Assembly: GCA_049322655.1 (NCBI GenBank)
Contig: JBMORP010000002.1
Coordinates: 32,923-96,922, forward strand
Source of the DNA: Patescibacteria group bacterium
GTDB lineage: Bacteria > Patescibacteriota > Microgenomatia > UBA1400 > PJMF01
Length of the DNA stretch: 64,000 nt
Reading direction: 5' to 3'
The notes under the pieces are model-generated. The model saw only the letters and a list, made by a program, of their open reading frames with translations. It made no database searches and was not told the DNA's origin. Made by a program: the position numbers and the translations under genes. This document shows, piece after piece, positions 9,745 through 19,512 of this stretch (position 1 is its first letter; the number at the start of each line of letters is the position of its first letter).

Positions 9745-10443
9745 ATGAAAAAACAAAGCTTACTTTTAGTGGTTCTGGCCTTTTTATTGGTCGGAGTAGT
9801 TGCCCTAATTATTGAAAAAAACAATAATAAAAATACCACTTCGCTGGAAGAACAGGTTCTGACTTTTCCCAGCAAAAGCCCAACTGTAGTACCAAGTATT
9901 AAACCAATCACAAAGGAATCAATGAAAAAACAATATGATAATCCTCCTGCTATGCAACTTGATAGCACCAAAAAATATCAAGCAACAATGACTACTTCAG
10001 AGGGAGTAATTGTCATTGAGCTTTATGCCGATCAAACCCCTCAAACAGTCAATAACTTTGTTTTTTTGGCTAACGATAAGTTTTATGATGAAACTATCTT
10101 TCACCGAGTGATTAATGGTTTCATGATCCAAGGTGGTGACCCAGAGGGGACAGGAATGGGTGGCCCAGGTTACCGTTTTGCCGATGAAAAATTTACAGGT
10201 GAATACACTCGTGGCACGATCGCCATGGCTAATGCTGGACCAAATACCAATGGCAGTCAATTCTTTATTATGCATCAAGACTATCCATTGCCACCCAACT
10301 ATGTAATTTTTGGTAAAGTGATAAATGGTTTAGAAGTGGTTGATAAAATTGCCACTGCACCAGTCTCAATGAGTTTATCCGGTGAAAAATCTCAACCAGT
10401 TAAACCAGTAACCATCAAGTCCATCACCATTAGTGAAAACTAA
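9745..10443 (+). CDS. Cyclophilin-type peptidyl-prolyl isomerase with an N-terminal membrane anchor (start 9736 or 9745)
   Basis: FHRVINGFMIQGGDPEGTGMGGPG, AMANAGPNTNGSQFF. Confidence 0.93.
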   Translation: MKKQSLLLVVLAFLLVGVVALIIEKNNNKNTTSLEEQVLTFPSKSPTVVPSIKPITKESMKKQYDNPPAMQLDSTKKYQATMTTSEGVIVIELYADQTPQTVNNFVFLANDKFYDETIFHRVINGFMIQGGDPEGTGMGGPGYRFADEKFTGEYTRGTIAMANAGPNTNGSQFFIMHQDYPLPPNYVIFGKVINGLEVVDKIATAPVSMSLSGEKSQPVKPVTIKSITISEN

Positions 10444-10469
10444 AACAACTGGTTAAACATTGAATAATT

Positions 10470-10498
10470 TAGCCCGCTTCACTGCGGGCTATTTTTTT
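10470..10498. terminator. Intrinsic terminator between convergent genes
   Basis: TAGCCCGC-ttcact-GCGGGCTA followed by a T-run. Confidence 0.75.
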
Positions 10499-11357
10499 AT
10501 TTAAACTCGTTAAGTGTCTCAGCAATAGAAACTTGAGTCGGACGCTGTTGCAATAAGGTTGCAGTATCAAGTTGGTATAACTGTTGATGGTAAGCCTCTA
10601 AGTTGTCGTTTCTATAAAAAACACCAACTGGCATTTTTTCTATTTCTTGAGATTTTTCCCAAGCTAATTTTTTATCATTGGGTTGATAGCTATCAGCTAA
10701 CTTATAAATTCTTTCTTGGTACCACTGGTAGGTGTTGATTTTATTGAAGGTTGGACAGGGTTGTAAAACATCCAATAACGAAAAACCATCATAAGTCATT
10801 GCTTCTTTAACCAAACCAATTAAATGAGGCATATCTCCAGCATAACCACGAGCCACAAAGCCAGCGTGGTCCGAAAGAGCTAACGCTAAAGGATTAACTG
10901 GCTCCTCAATCAAACCGTCTGGGGTTGATTTGGTTTTTATTCCTTTATCGGTAGTGGGAGAACTTTGACCAGTAGTCAAACTGTAAGTTTGGTTATTATG
11001 AACCAAAACAGTAATATCATGGTTTCCTCTAGCTGCTGAGAGTAAATGATTCATCCCTTCACCATAAGTATCTCCATCTCCAGCAACAACAATAATCTTC
11101 AAATCATGGTTAGCTAGTTTAGCACCAATCGCATTGGGAATAGCTCGACCATGAAGAGCATGAAAACCATAAACTTTATTAAAGTCAGCCATATTGCCAC
11201 TACAACCCACTCCATAAAAAACTACCAAATTTTCTTCAGGCAATTCTAATTGAGCAAAAGCTTGTCTAATCGCCCCTAGAATACCAAAGTTACCACAGCC
11301 TGGACACCAAGTTGGTGTAACTGAGGAGACTGTGCTTTGTAAAGTAATATTTGCCAT
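10497..11357 (-). CDS. 2-oxoacid:ferredoxin oxidoreductase beta subunit (TPP-binding)
   Basis: WCPGCG, GVGCS, LHGRA, GDGD, QPCPTFN. Confidence 0.93.
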   Translation of the reverse strand: MANITLQSTVSSVTPTWCPGCGNFGILGAIRQAFAQLELPEENLVVFYGVGCSGNMADFNKVYGFHALHGRAIPNAIGAKLANHDLKIIVVAGDGDTYGEGMNHLLSAARGNHDITVLVHNNQTYSLTTGQSSPTTDKGIKTKSTPDGLIEEPVNPLALALSDHAGFVARGYAGDMPHLIGLVKEAMTYDGFSLLDVLQPCPTFNKINTYQWYQERIYKLADSYQPNDKKLAWEKSQEIEKMPVGVFYRNDNLEAYHQQLYQLDTATLLQQRPTQVSIAETLNEFK

Positions 11358-11360
11358 AAT

Positions 11361-13067
11361 TTACTGCTCCAACCAGGCTAAGATATCTTCTACATAAAAT
11401 GGTCGACCATCATAACGTCTTAAATAGGCAGCCATTTCAATGCCAGTTTCTTGTCTAATAAGTTGTTCAGCTTGACCTGTGGAGTTACCCTCGACCATTA
11501 CTAGTTTCTTGGCTTGCTTAGCTAATTTTTCAAATCCCTCTCTAGGGAAAGGCCAAACAGCTGGTAAATAAATCACATTAGCTTGATCTGTTTTAGCGAC
11601 TACATCTTGTAAGACATTGACTGTTGAACCCCAACAAACAAAAGTTGTAGCAGCTTTTGGCTTACCAATTAGAACTGGTTGAGGTAGTTCTTTAACCAAA
11701 CCTTGATATTTTTTTGCTCGTTTTTTGGTTTGATCGATCGTCATTTGAGATTCTTCGGTTGCAAACCCAAAGTGATCATGTTCGTAAGAATTACTAACAT
11801 AAAAACCATGCTGTTGACCAGGAATAGATCTGGGAGAAACTCCAGAGTCAGACATCGCATAACGTCTGAAGCTATCATCTGTCGGCAGCTCTTCATCTGT
11901 AACCAAACCTAAGCGCTCAACTTTGGTTTCTGCTGGTGGAGTAGGCATAGTCTGATGAGATTCCAAAATATATTTATCACTTAAAATGAAAACCGGGATA
12001 TGGTATTTCTCAGCCAAATCAAAAGCTAATCTAGTAGCCTGATAGTGATCAGCTGCTGTTCCAGGAGTTAAGACTACTCGTTGAAACTCTCCATGACCGG
12101 CCCTCAACACAAACTGTAGATCTGCTTGAGAAGTCCAAGTGGGCAAACCAGTAGCTGGACCAGGTCGCTGACCATAAAGAATTACCAAGGGCAACTCCAT
12201 CACTCCTGCCAGAGAAAGACCTTCCACCATCAAAGCAAAACCACCTCCAGAGGACCCTGTCATTGCTCTCACTCCAGCAAAAGAAGCCCCCAGCGCTTGG
12301 TTAATAGCAGAGATTTCATCTTCAACATGTTTAACAATCAGCGGATATTTTTTTTGTTGAGCAGCTAAAAAATGTAGTAGAGCAGAGGCCGGAGTCATTG
12401 GATAAGCACTATAATATTGAATCCCACTAGCCAAAGCTCCCAAACCAATCGCCTCGTTACCAGTTAATAAAACCTGGTTATCTCGTTGGCTAACCGTAAA
12501 ATTAGCTAATGGTTTTTCGACTTTCAAAAACTCATCATAACCCAACTGGAAAGCTGCCTGATCCATATTGATAATTGCTTCACCTTTATCGGCAAATTCC
12601 TCAGCTACTAACTGCAAACCAGCTTGTTGGTCAAAACCAAAAGCAGCTGTTGTTACTCCAAAAGCCACCATATTAGTTGCTAACTTACTTTTTGTCGTTG
12701 TCCTAGAAAATTCATTCAAAGGCAAACTAACAACTTTACCAGAAAAACCCATGAGCTCTTCTTGAGTCAATTCTCCAGCATTTTGGTTATAAACTACCAG
12801 CGAGTCTTTGGTTAGTTCCTGTTGATGTTCTCTAAAGGCAGCCTTACCAAAAGTAACCAACAAGTCTAACTGTCTTCGTTGAGAGTAAATGGGCTGTTCA
12901 GCAAAAGAAACCTGCCCAGTTTGATGACCACCTTTAATTAATGATGGGTACTCCAAATAGTTAAAAGCCGATAAACCATGACGTTTAGCCAACTTAGCCA
13001 CCATTTTAGAAACAGCCATTACTCCTTCACCGGCTTGACCAGCAATTTTCCAGTTCCATTCTTTCAT
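11361..13067 (-). CDS. 2-oxoacid:ferredoxin oxidoreductase alpha subunit (gamma-alpha fusion); start ATG 13067
   Basis: IAGQAGEGV, YPSLIKGGH, YPMTPAS, EDEISA, QRPGPATGLPT. Confidence 0.93.
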   Translation of the reverse strand: MKEWNWKIAGQAGEGVMAVSKMVAKLAKRHGLSAFNYLEYPSLIKGGHQTGQVSFAEQPIYSQRRQLDLLVTFGKAAFREHQQELTKDSLVVYNQNAGELTQEELMGFSGKVVSLPLNEFSRTTTKSKLATNMVAFGVTTAAFGFDQQAGLQLVAEEFADKGEAIINMDQAAFQLGYDEFLKVEKPLANFTVSQRDNQVLLTGNEAIGLGALASGIQYYSAYPMTPASALLHFLAAQQKKYPLIVKHVEDEISAINQALGASFAGVRAMTGSSGGGFALMVEGLSLAGVMELPLVILYGQRPGPATGLPTWTSQADLQFVLRAGHGEFQRVVLTPGTAADHYQATRLAFDLAEKYHIPVFILSDKYILESHQTMPTPPAETKVERLGLVTDEELPTDDSFRRYAMSDSGVSPRSIPGQQHGFYVSNSYEHDHFGFATEESQMTIDQTKKRAKKYQGLVKELPQPVLIGKPKAATTFVCWGSTVNVLQDVVAKTDQANVIYLPAVWPFPREGFEKLAKQAKKLVMVEGNSTGQAEQLIRQETGIEMAAYLRRYDGRPFYVEDILAWLEQ

Positions 13068-13144
13068 AGCGACATTGTAGGAGTTGACACTGGAATGGTC
13101 AAGCCAACTGTATTGATTCTTGTAGAAAATGTTACAATTTTTAT

Positions 13145-13588
13145 ATGAAAATACTGGTTCTTTATGGTTCTTTGACTGGCAATACCGAGTTTGTAGCAAA
13201 CCAAATCGCTGATTTTTTGAACAATCACCACATCGAAAACGACTTATTTAATGCTCAAGAATTTTCACCAAAGAACATATTGGCTTATGACTTGCTAATT
13301 TTGGGTTCATCCACCTGGGACTATGGCCAATTTCAAGAAGACTTTGCTGCATTTTTTGAAGAAATAAAAGAACTAGATTTTAAAAATAAAAAATTTATTG
13401 TTTTTGGTTGCGGTGATACTGGCTATGAACATTTCTGTAAAGCCGTTGATCTGATTGAAGACTTTCTCACCTTGAAACAAGCTAAAAAAATTGCTAGTAG
13501 TCTCAAAATAGATGGCTATCCTCAACAACCAATCAATCAACAACTAATTAATGATTGGTTAACAACTCTAATAAAATCATTAACATAA
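13145..13588 (+). CDS. Flavodoxin
   Basis: YGSLTGNTE FMN-binding loop, GSSTW, FGCGD..Y..FC. Confidence 0.93.
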   Translation: MKILVLYGSLTGNTEFVANQIADFLNNHHIENDLFNAQEFSPKNILAYDLLILGSSTWDYGQFQEDFAAFFEEIKELDFKNKKFIVFGCGDTGYEHFCKAVDLIEDFLTLKQAKKIASSLKIDGYPQQPINQQLINDWLTTLIKSLT

Positions 13589-13590
13589 AA

Positions 13591-13615
13591 AAACACCCCA
13601 TTAGCTGGGGTGTTT
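13591..13615. terminator. Bidirectional intrinsic terminator
   Basis: AAACACCCCA-ttagc-TGGGGTGTTT. Confidence 0.75.
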
Positions 13616-13632
13616 ATTAATTAAAATCTAAG

Positions 13633-13863
13633 TTATTTCTTTTTGGCTTTTTTAACAACCTTCTTTGCAGCAACAGTGCCTTTTTTAACAGCTTTTTTGG
13701 CTGAAGCTACTGCTTTATTTTTAGCAACCTTAGCTTTACTAACTGCCTTCTTAGCTACCTTAACAGTTTTGTCTCTGTTTTCTTTTTTAGAAAAAAATAT
13801 TGCTGCAGCCCCGACAGCTAAACCTGTTACTAAAGCTAACAAGCCACCTTTTCTTTTTGCCAT
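13633..13863 (-). CDS. Small YtxH-like membrane-anchored protein with a Lys/Ala-rich tail
   Basis: GGLLALVTGLAVGAAAIFF helix followed by KKA/KVAK repeats; GGA-rich RBS upstream. Confidence 0.7.
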   Translation of the reverse strand: MAKRKGGLLALVTGLAVGAAAIFFSKKENRDKTVKVAKKAVSKAKVAKNKAVASAKKAVKKGTVAAKKVVKKAKKK

Positions 13864-13931
13864 AGGTCCATCCCATCTTTATTACTTAGTGATAACTCTA
13901 TTCTCCAGGAAAAAGAATCCACTTGTCAAGG

Positions 13932-15347
13932 CTATTCTGCATGAACAATTGACAAACTATTAGTTAAGCCTGGAGTCTTCCAAATCGAACCATAAATAAC
14001 TAACACGGTTTCATTTTTTTTGATCAAATTCTTAGCTTTCATCATCTCCACAATTGCATTGGGCTCTTCGACCTTGCTTTCAGGAAACTCAACAATATGG
14101 GGCTCAACGCCATAATTTAAAGCTAACTTTCGATAAGTAACTTGATTGCTAGTCAAAGCATGAACGGTGACTTTTGGTCTAAAACGAGAGATCAGGTTGG
14201 CGGTATTGCCTGTTTCAGTTAAACAAACAACACTATCAATCTTGTCTTCATTTTGCAGCAAGTAAACAGCCGCATGAGTAACTAAACTACAATCGTTTTC
14301 ATCTACCCATTCTTCTAAATAAGAGACTTCGAACTCTTCGTTGAAAGCAGCAATTTTGGCTTGAGTAGCCACTGCTTTAACTGGAAATTTACCAATGGTA
14401 GTTTCCTCCGAAAGCATGACTGCATCGGTACTATCATAAACAGCATTGGCCACATCACTTACTTCAGCTCTAGTTGGTCGAGGAGATTCAACCATTGATT
14501 TCAACATTTGGGTTGCAGTAATCACTGGTTTACCAGCCAAACGACATTTCGTAATAATTAGTTTTTGCCAAAAAGCCAGTTGTTCAAAAGGTACTTCCAC
14601 AGCCAAATCACCACGAGCCACCATCACAGCATCACTAACTTCAATGATTTCATCAAGATTATCCAAAGCAGCTTGGTTTTCAATCTTAGCCACAATACTA
14701 GCCTTACCCAAGTTTCTCTTTTCCAATTCTTTTCTGAGAATCTCCACATCTTTTTTGTCACGGACAAAAGATAAACCAACAAAATCTACTCCTGTTTCAA
14801 CTGCACCATCTAGCTGAACTAAGTCAGCAGCAATTAAAGAAGGCATATCGATAGTAATACCTGGAGTGTTCATGGTTTTTCTGTGAGCAACTTCAAAATC
14901 ACCCAAAGCCTTAGCAACTAAATAATCGTCAGCTTTTTTAATAATCTCAAACTCACAACGGCCATCATCCAACAACACAAAGTTACCTTCTTGCAAAGTT
15001 TCAACCACGTTGCTAGGAATAAAAATAACTTTTTCTTCTTTGCTAGTTTCATCAGCTGTGAGAACTAGGGTTTCGCCATCCTTCATCTCAAAACCTTCAC
15101 CATTACGTAAATTAATCCTAATTTCTGGTCCTTGTAAATCGAGTAAAACAGCAATAGGCAAACCTTTTTCAGCAGCTACTTTTCTGACTCGCTGCACTCT
15201 TTCACGATGCCATTCTGGAGTACCATGTTTGGTGTTAAATCTAGCTACATTCATCCCAGCATCAATAAGTTGGCCAATGATTTCTTCTGTTTCTGTAGCT
15301 GGACCAATCGTGGCGACAATCTTTGTTCTTTTAAAAGTATCATTCAT
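13932..15347 (-). CDS. pyk: Pyruvate kinase
   Basis: RTKIVATIGPA, DLQGPEIR, AKIEN, MVARGDL, ATQML, PTRAEVSD. Confidence 0.97.
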   Translation of the reverse strand: MNDTFKRTKIVATIGPATETEEIIGQLIDAGMNVARFNTKHGTPEWHRERVQRVRKVAAEKGLPIAVLLDLQGPEIRINLRNGEGFEMKDGETLVLTADETSKEEKVIFIPSNVVETLQEGNFVLLDDGRCEFEIIKKADDYLVAKALGDFEVAHRKTMNTPGITIDMPSLIAADLVQLDGAVETGVDFVGLSFVRDKKDVEILRKELEKRNLGKASIVAKIENQAALDNLDEIIEVSDAVMVARGDLAVEVPFEQLAFWQKLIITKCRLAGKPVITATQMLKSMVESPRPTRAEVSDVANAVYDSTDAVMLSEETTIGKFPVKAVATQAKIAAFNEEFEVSYLEEWVDENDCSLVTHAAVYLLQNEDKIDSVVCLTETGNTANLISRFRPKVTVHALTSNQVTYRKLALNYGVEPHIVEFPESKVEEPNAIVEMMKAKNLIKKNETVLVIYGSIWKTPGLTNSLSIVHAE

Positions 15348-15472
15348 GAATAACTTTCTTTTTTTACCTTTATAATCAAAACAAATACCTGACTAGAGGA
15401 TTGCTTAATTATATACCTGAACTCTTGGGGTTAAAACAACAGTTTACCAAATATGCTACAGTTTTATTAATT

Positions 15473-16177
15473 ATGACCGCACAAAACTTAATCATTGAAC
15501 TAAAAAAACTAGCCAATCCACAAAAAGCTAAAGTTTTACAAGGCTTCTTTAAAACAGGTCAGAGTCAATATGGCGCTGGTGATGTTTTTTGGGGAATAAC
15601 TGTACCAGCACAGCGAAAGATTGCTAAAAGCTTTAAAGACCTGACTTTAACTGAAGTAAAAAAACTAATTTATAGCTCTGTACATGAACAAAGACTAACT
15701 GGCTTACTAATACTAGTTTACCAATATGAACAGGCTGACCAAAATGAACAAAACAAGATTTTTGAGTTTTACTTCAAACATAGAACTCAAGTCAACAACT
15801 GGGATTTGGTAGATGTCACCACTCCCAAAATAGTTGGACAACATATTCTCAATAAGCCAGAGTTACAACCGCAAGTTTTTGCTTTAATTAACTCAACCAA
15901 TCTTTGGGATCGAAGAATTGCTTTATTGGCTACTTTTCCTTTTATTAAAAAGGAGATATTTCAACCAACTTTGAGTTTAGCTACTAAGGTTTTGGCAGAC
16001 CAACACGACTTAATTCATAAAGCTAGTGGGTGGATGCTCAGAGAAGTAGGGAAAATGCAAAAAAAACCACTTTTAGATTTTCTAGACAAACATAAACAAA
16101 AAATGCCCAGGACCATGCTTCGTTATGCAATCGAAAAATTGGCTGAACCTGTTAGAAAAAAATATCTAGCCAAATAA
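15473..16177 (+). CDS. alkD: AlkD-like DNA alkylation repair protein
   Basis: FFKTG..YG.GD.F.G..VP, NNWDLVD, W.RR, IHKASGWMLREVGK, PRTMLRYAIE. Confidence 0.88.
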   Translation: MTAQNLIIELKKLANPQKAKVLQGFFKTGQSQYGAGDVFWGITVPAQRKIAKSFKDLTLTEVKKLIYSSVHEQRLTGLLILVYQYEQADQNEQNKIFEFYFKHRTQVNNWDLVDVTTPKIVGQHILNKPELQPQVFALINSTNLWDRRIALLATFPFIKKEIFQPTLSLATKVLADQHDLIHKASGWMLREVGKMQKKPLLDFLDKHKQKMPRTMLRYAIEKLAEPVRKKYLAK

Positions 16178-16180
16178 CTA

Positions 16181-16208
16181 AAAACCCCGACCAACAGGCC
16201 GGGGTTTT
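16181..16208. terminator. Bidirectional intrinsic terminator
   Basis: AAAACCCCG...CGGGGTTTT between convergent genes. Confidence 0.7.
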
Positions 16209-16227
16209 AACAAATCACTAAGCAAAA

Positions 16228-17115
16228 CTAATAAGAAAATCTATCTAACATTCTAGTAAACCAACCCTGAGAAGCATAGTCTTGGGTTACTTCACCAGTA
16301 GCATCATCTAAAATTATTTTTCTCTCAACCATTCTGGGGAAAAAGCTGAATAGTTTTTTCTCTTCGACGACATCAGCAACATACTGAATTCCATCTTCAG
16401 TAGCAACTGCTTCTAATTCATTATTTTCTGGGTCAAATGAGCTATCTGTTAAGACACCAGCTTCTTTCATCCTAGCCAAAGCTTGATCTGGAAGGTGAGT
16501 TAAAATGTGTTCTTGACCTGATGGCGTTGTTAACTTGACCTCATTATTTTCTGAATCAAGAACAAACTCAGCCCCATTAAGATGAGCTTTGACATTTCTA
16601 GTTCTAATCTCTAAAGCTGCTTCTTCACCCATGTTTCGTTCTCTGAGCTCAACCATTTCTTGAATTCTTTCTTGCCTAGCTTCCTGAATTTTCTGTTGGT
16701 ACTCACTCATTTTCTCTCGTTGTTCCTCAGATAACTCTTTAGTTCTAGCAGGAAAACGCATCTCTAAGTTATCAGACATCATTGTTTCTCCAGCAGTGCC
16801 CATTGAACCAGCCCCTGAACTGTCTCTCAATTGAACCTGAGGACCTGCTTCTTCCATGGTCACAACTAAATCTTTATTCTCTTGGGTGGGAACGTATTTA
16901 GTAGGCGTTTTAGGAGCTGTAGCTGGTCGAGTGTTTGAAGATGGGGCTGAGATTGGCTGAATACTGGGTCTATCGGTAGTTTTACCTAACACATAGCCTT
17001 CATACATCTTGATATTACCCTGTTGATCAACCTCGATCTCCAAAGCCAAGACTGGTGATACAAACATTGCCATTAAAAAAACCAAACCACCTAAAGTAAG
17101 TGTTGTTTTTTTCAT
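16228..17115 (-). CDS. Secreted hypothetical protein
   Basis: Signal peptide ending VLA, Pro/Thr linker, coiled coil; AAGGA RBS. Confidence 0.8.
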   Translation of the reverse strand: MKKTTLTLGGLVFLMAMFVSPVLALEIEVDQQGNIKMYEGYVLGKTTDRPSIQPISAPSSNTRPATAPKTPTKYVPTQENKDLVVTMEEAGPQVQLRDSSGAGSMGTAGETMMSDNLEMRFPARTKELSEEQREKMSEYQQKIQEARQERIQEMVELRERNMGEEAALEIRTRNVKAHLNGAEFVLDSENNEVKLTTPSGQEHILTHLPDQALARMKEAGVLTDSSFDPENNELEAVATEDGIQYVADVVEEKKLFSFFPRMVERKIILDDATGEVTQDYASQGWFTRMLDRFSY

Positions 17116-17217
17116 AAATTTTTCCTTTACTAACTACTTAAGTTACTAAACTAGTTTAACTAGTATGACAAATTATTAAACTATTATCAAGAAACTAGAT
17201 ACGTTACAATCTGGTAT

Positions 17218-18543
17218 ATGAAATTATTGTTAATGAAGCTTTTCCTTGAATACATTAGAGTTTTAGCCAAACTCCAACTGCTTAAAACCAAACCCATGGT
17301 AATTGGTCTAACTGGTTCAGCTGGTAAAACTAGCACCCTAAATGCAATTGAGGCTATTTTAAAAGATTTACCTGACAAAAAAATTAAAATTAGCCATAAA
17401 GCCAACTCAGAAGTGGGCTTACCACTCAATATCTTAGGGATTACCGTTAAAGATTTTAGTTTGAAAAGTTGGGTAAAAATCTTTTTTTTAGCCGGGTGGA
17501 AAACTTTGACTAATTGGGAAAAAATTAATATTTATGTCGCTGAAATGGGCATTGATAGTCCATATCCTCCCAAAAACATGAGTTATTTGCTCAGCTTCCT
17601 CCAACCAAAAATCGGTATTTTCCTCAATGTTTCAGCTGTACACAGTGAGGCTTTTGATCATTTAGTCAAAGAGACTGATCCTGCCAAGAAAAATCAAGCT
17701 GTAATTCAACAAATTGCCTTGGAAAAAGGCAAGCTAATCAAAAGTTTAAAAGCAAATAGTACTGCAATTCTCAACTTTGATGACCCAGTTGTGGCTCAAT
17801 TTGGACCACAAACCCAGGCTAAAACCATTACTTTTGGTACAAAATCTGCTAACTTAATTTTAAAAACTTGGGAACCATCAATTACTGGCACTAAATTCAC
17901 TTACTTATATCAAAATAAAACATACCAACTAAACTTCAAAGACTTTGTGCTACCTAAAAAATTCGGGTACAGCCTGGCAGCCGCAATTACCACTGGCTTA
18001 GCCATAGGTATGGGTATCGAAAAAATTATTAGTAGTCTTGAAAAAAACCTAGTTATACCACCAGGCAGATCCACCTTGCTTTCAGGAGTAAATAATACCT
18101 ACATTCTGGATAGTTCATATAATTCATCCCTAGACCCAGCTTTAGAAATGCTAGCGTTACTTGACAAAATTGCACCAAAAAGAAAAATTGCCATCTTGGG
18201 TGATATGAGAGAAATGGGGGATGAGGCGGAATTAGCTCATCTACAATTAATCGAATCAGCCCTTAATAAGGTAGATCTCCTACTATTAGTGGGACCGTTA
18301 ATGAGTAAATACAGTAAAACCTTTAACAGTAAGAAATTACAACTATTTAATACTGCTCAACAAGCGGTTGAATTTTTAAAGCCACAATTAATAGCCACAG
18401 ATACTATTTTAGTGAAAGCATCACAAAATAGTTTGTTGTTAGAAATCGCAGTTGAACAACTGCTAGCAAATCCCACAGATATTAATAATTTGTGCCGTCG
18501 TGGAACTAATTGGGATAAACTCAGAAACAAGCTAATTAACTAA
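17218..18543 (+). CDS. murF: Mur ligase, MurF-like
   Basis: GLTGSAGKTST P-loop, EMG, PGR, DSSYNSS, LGDMREMG, VKASQ. Confidence 0.85.
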   Translation: MKLLLMKLFLEYIRVLAKLQLLKTKPMVIGLTGSAGKTSTLNAIEAILKDLPDKKIKISHKANSEVGLPLNILGITVKDFSLKSWVKIFFLAGWKTLTNWEKINIYVAEMGIDSPYPPKNMSYLLSFLQPKIGIFLNVSAVHSEAFDHLVKETDPAKKNQAVIQQIALEKGKLIKSLKANSTAILNFDDPVVAQFGPQTQAKTITFGTKSANLILKTWEPSITGTKFTYLYQNKTYQLNFKDFVLPKKFGYSLAAAITTGLAIGMGIEKIISSLEKNLVIPPGRSTLLSGVNNTYILDSSYNSSLDPALEMLALLDKIAPKRKIAILGDMREMGDEAELAHLQLIESALNKVDLLLLVGPLMSKYSKTFNSKKLQLFNTAQQAVEFLKPQLIATDTILVKASQNSLLLEIAVEQLLANPTDINNLCRRGTNWDKLRNKLIN

Positions 18544-18656
18544 AAATTGCTTAAAATGAAACCTATAATTTAAAAACTGTTATTATACGTGTGCCACTAT
18601 TTACGGCATAATACCAGGCTAAACTAACCATTTTGACATGTATATAATTTTAACTA

Positions 18657-18685
18657 TTGACACTATAGGCCTGTTTTGATATCAT
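18657..18685 (+). promoter_or_regulatory. Near-consensus sigma70 promoter of the GC-rich cassette
   Basis: TTGACA (18657-62), 17 nt, TATCAT (18680-85). Confidence 0.7.
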
Positions 18686-18692
18686 ACTCCCC

Positions 18693-18944
18693 GTTGTTCA
18701 ATCGCTAACGCGTCTTTACGATGTGCTAAGCGAAAGAACGACAGCACATTCACATTGAATTGAAACAGAAGTTTTTTTGTTTTGGTTTTCCATCCCTCAA
18801 TTTTTAGCAGTCTTTTTAAAGCTTGCTCAGTTAGGGACTTTTTATTTTATAAGGTCTTTAGCTGAGCAAGCTTCGGTAGTGGCTCAGGCCACTGCTGAGG
18901 GACTGCCATATTCCAAATTCTTATGTAAAGGATGGTAAAACCCC
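18693..18944 (+). ncRNA. Candidate structured 5' leader / ncRNA
   Basis: Stems 18693-18742, 18819-18873, 18874-18897 and long-range pairing 18784-95/18930-42, many with G-U pairs. No family recognised. Confidence 0.5.
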
Positions 18945-19487
18945 ATGACTGACAAAGTCAAAAAAACCCGCAAGCCCAAGAAAGAAATGCCCGCCTGGCA
19001 ACGCATCGCCAATGACGTGAGCCGCTCTGTTGACGCAAACCTTCGCGGCAAACTGGACATCGAAGATGCCCAGGAGATGTTGCTCGAAGCCCTCGAAAGC
19101 CTGCCGGAAGGAAAGGAACGTCGCGAGTTCTTGCTCGCCAACGTGCCCGAACTCGCCGACATGAAACAGCGCGCGGACAACCGCCAGGGCGAAATCAACA
19201 AACTCAAGAAGTAAGTCCGGAAATTGATGATTACCATCAAGTTCCTGATGACCTTCTTGGTCAAAAAAGGACACAACGTCCTCGACGCGTTCCAGAAAAG
19301 CGCGGCTGATGATGCTCCGCGCGTCATGGCTGAAGCCCGCGAAGCCATGTTCCAGGCGCAAATCTTCGAAGAAGGCGCGGCCGGGTTCGGTGAGGTCCTT
19401 GCCTCCATCGAAACCTTCACCCGCACCGCGGTTACCAACGTGGGAGTGGAAGACTTCATGTCCGCTCTCGAAGACAACGAGGACTAG
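18945..19487 (+). pseudogene. GC-rich orphan ORF (180 codons) split by one in-frame TAA at 19212-19214, or two tandem small genes
   Basis: ORFs 18945-19214 and 19224-19487 share a frame with uniform C-ending codon bias; sampled lines are 53-62% GC versus about 32% in murF. Confidence 0.6.
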
Positions 19488-19512
19488 ATCCTCACCTGTT
19501 TCCAATCAATGT

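Noticed and set aside
18804-18829. Sixth CIRCE-like box TTAGCAGTC-N8-GCTTGCTCA
   Set aside because: The spacer is one base short and both arms are explained by RNA stems.
18874-18908. Cobalamin riboswitch or SRP RNA (GCCACTG, TCAGG fragments)
   Set aside because: The remaining conserved cores (GGGAA/B12 box; GGAAG..AGCAG) are absent.
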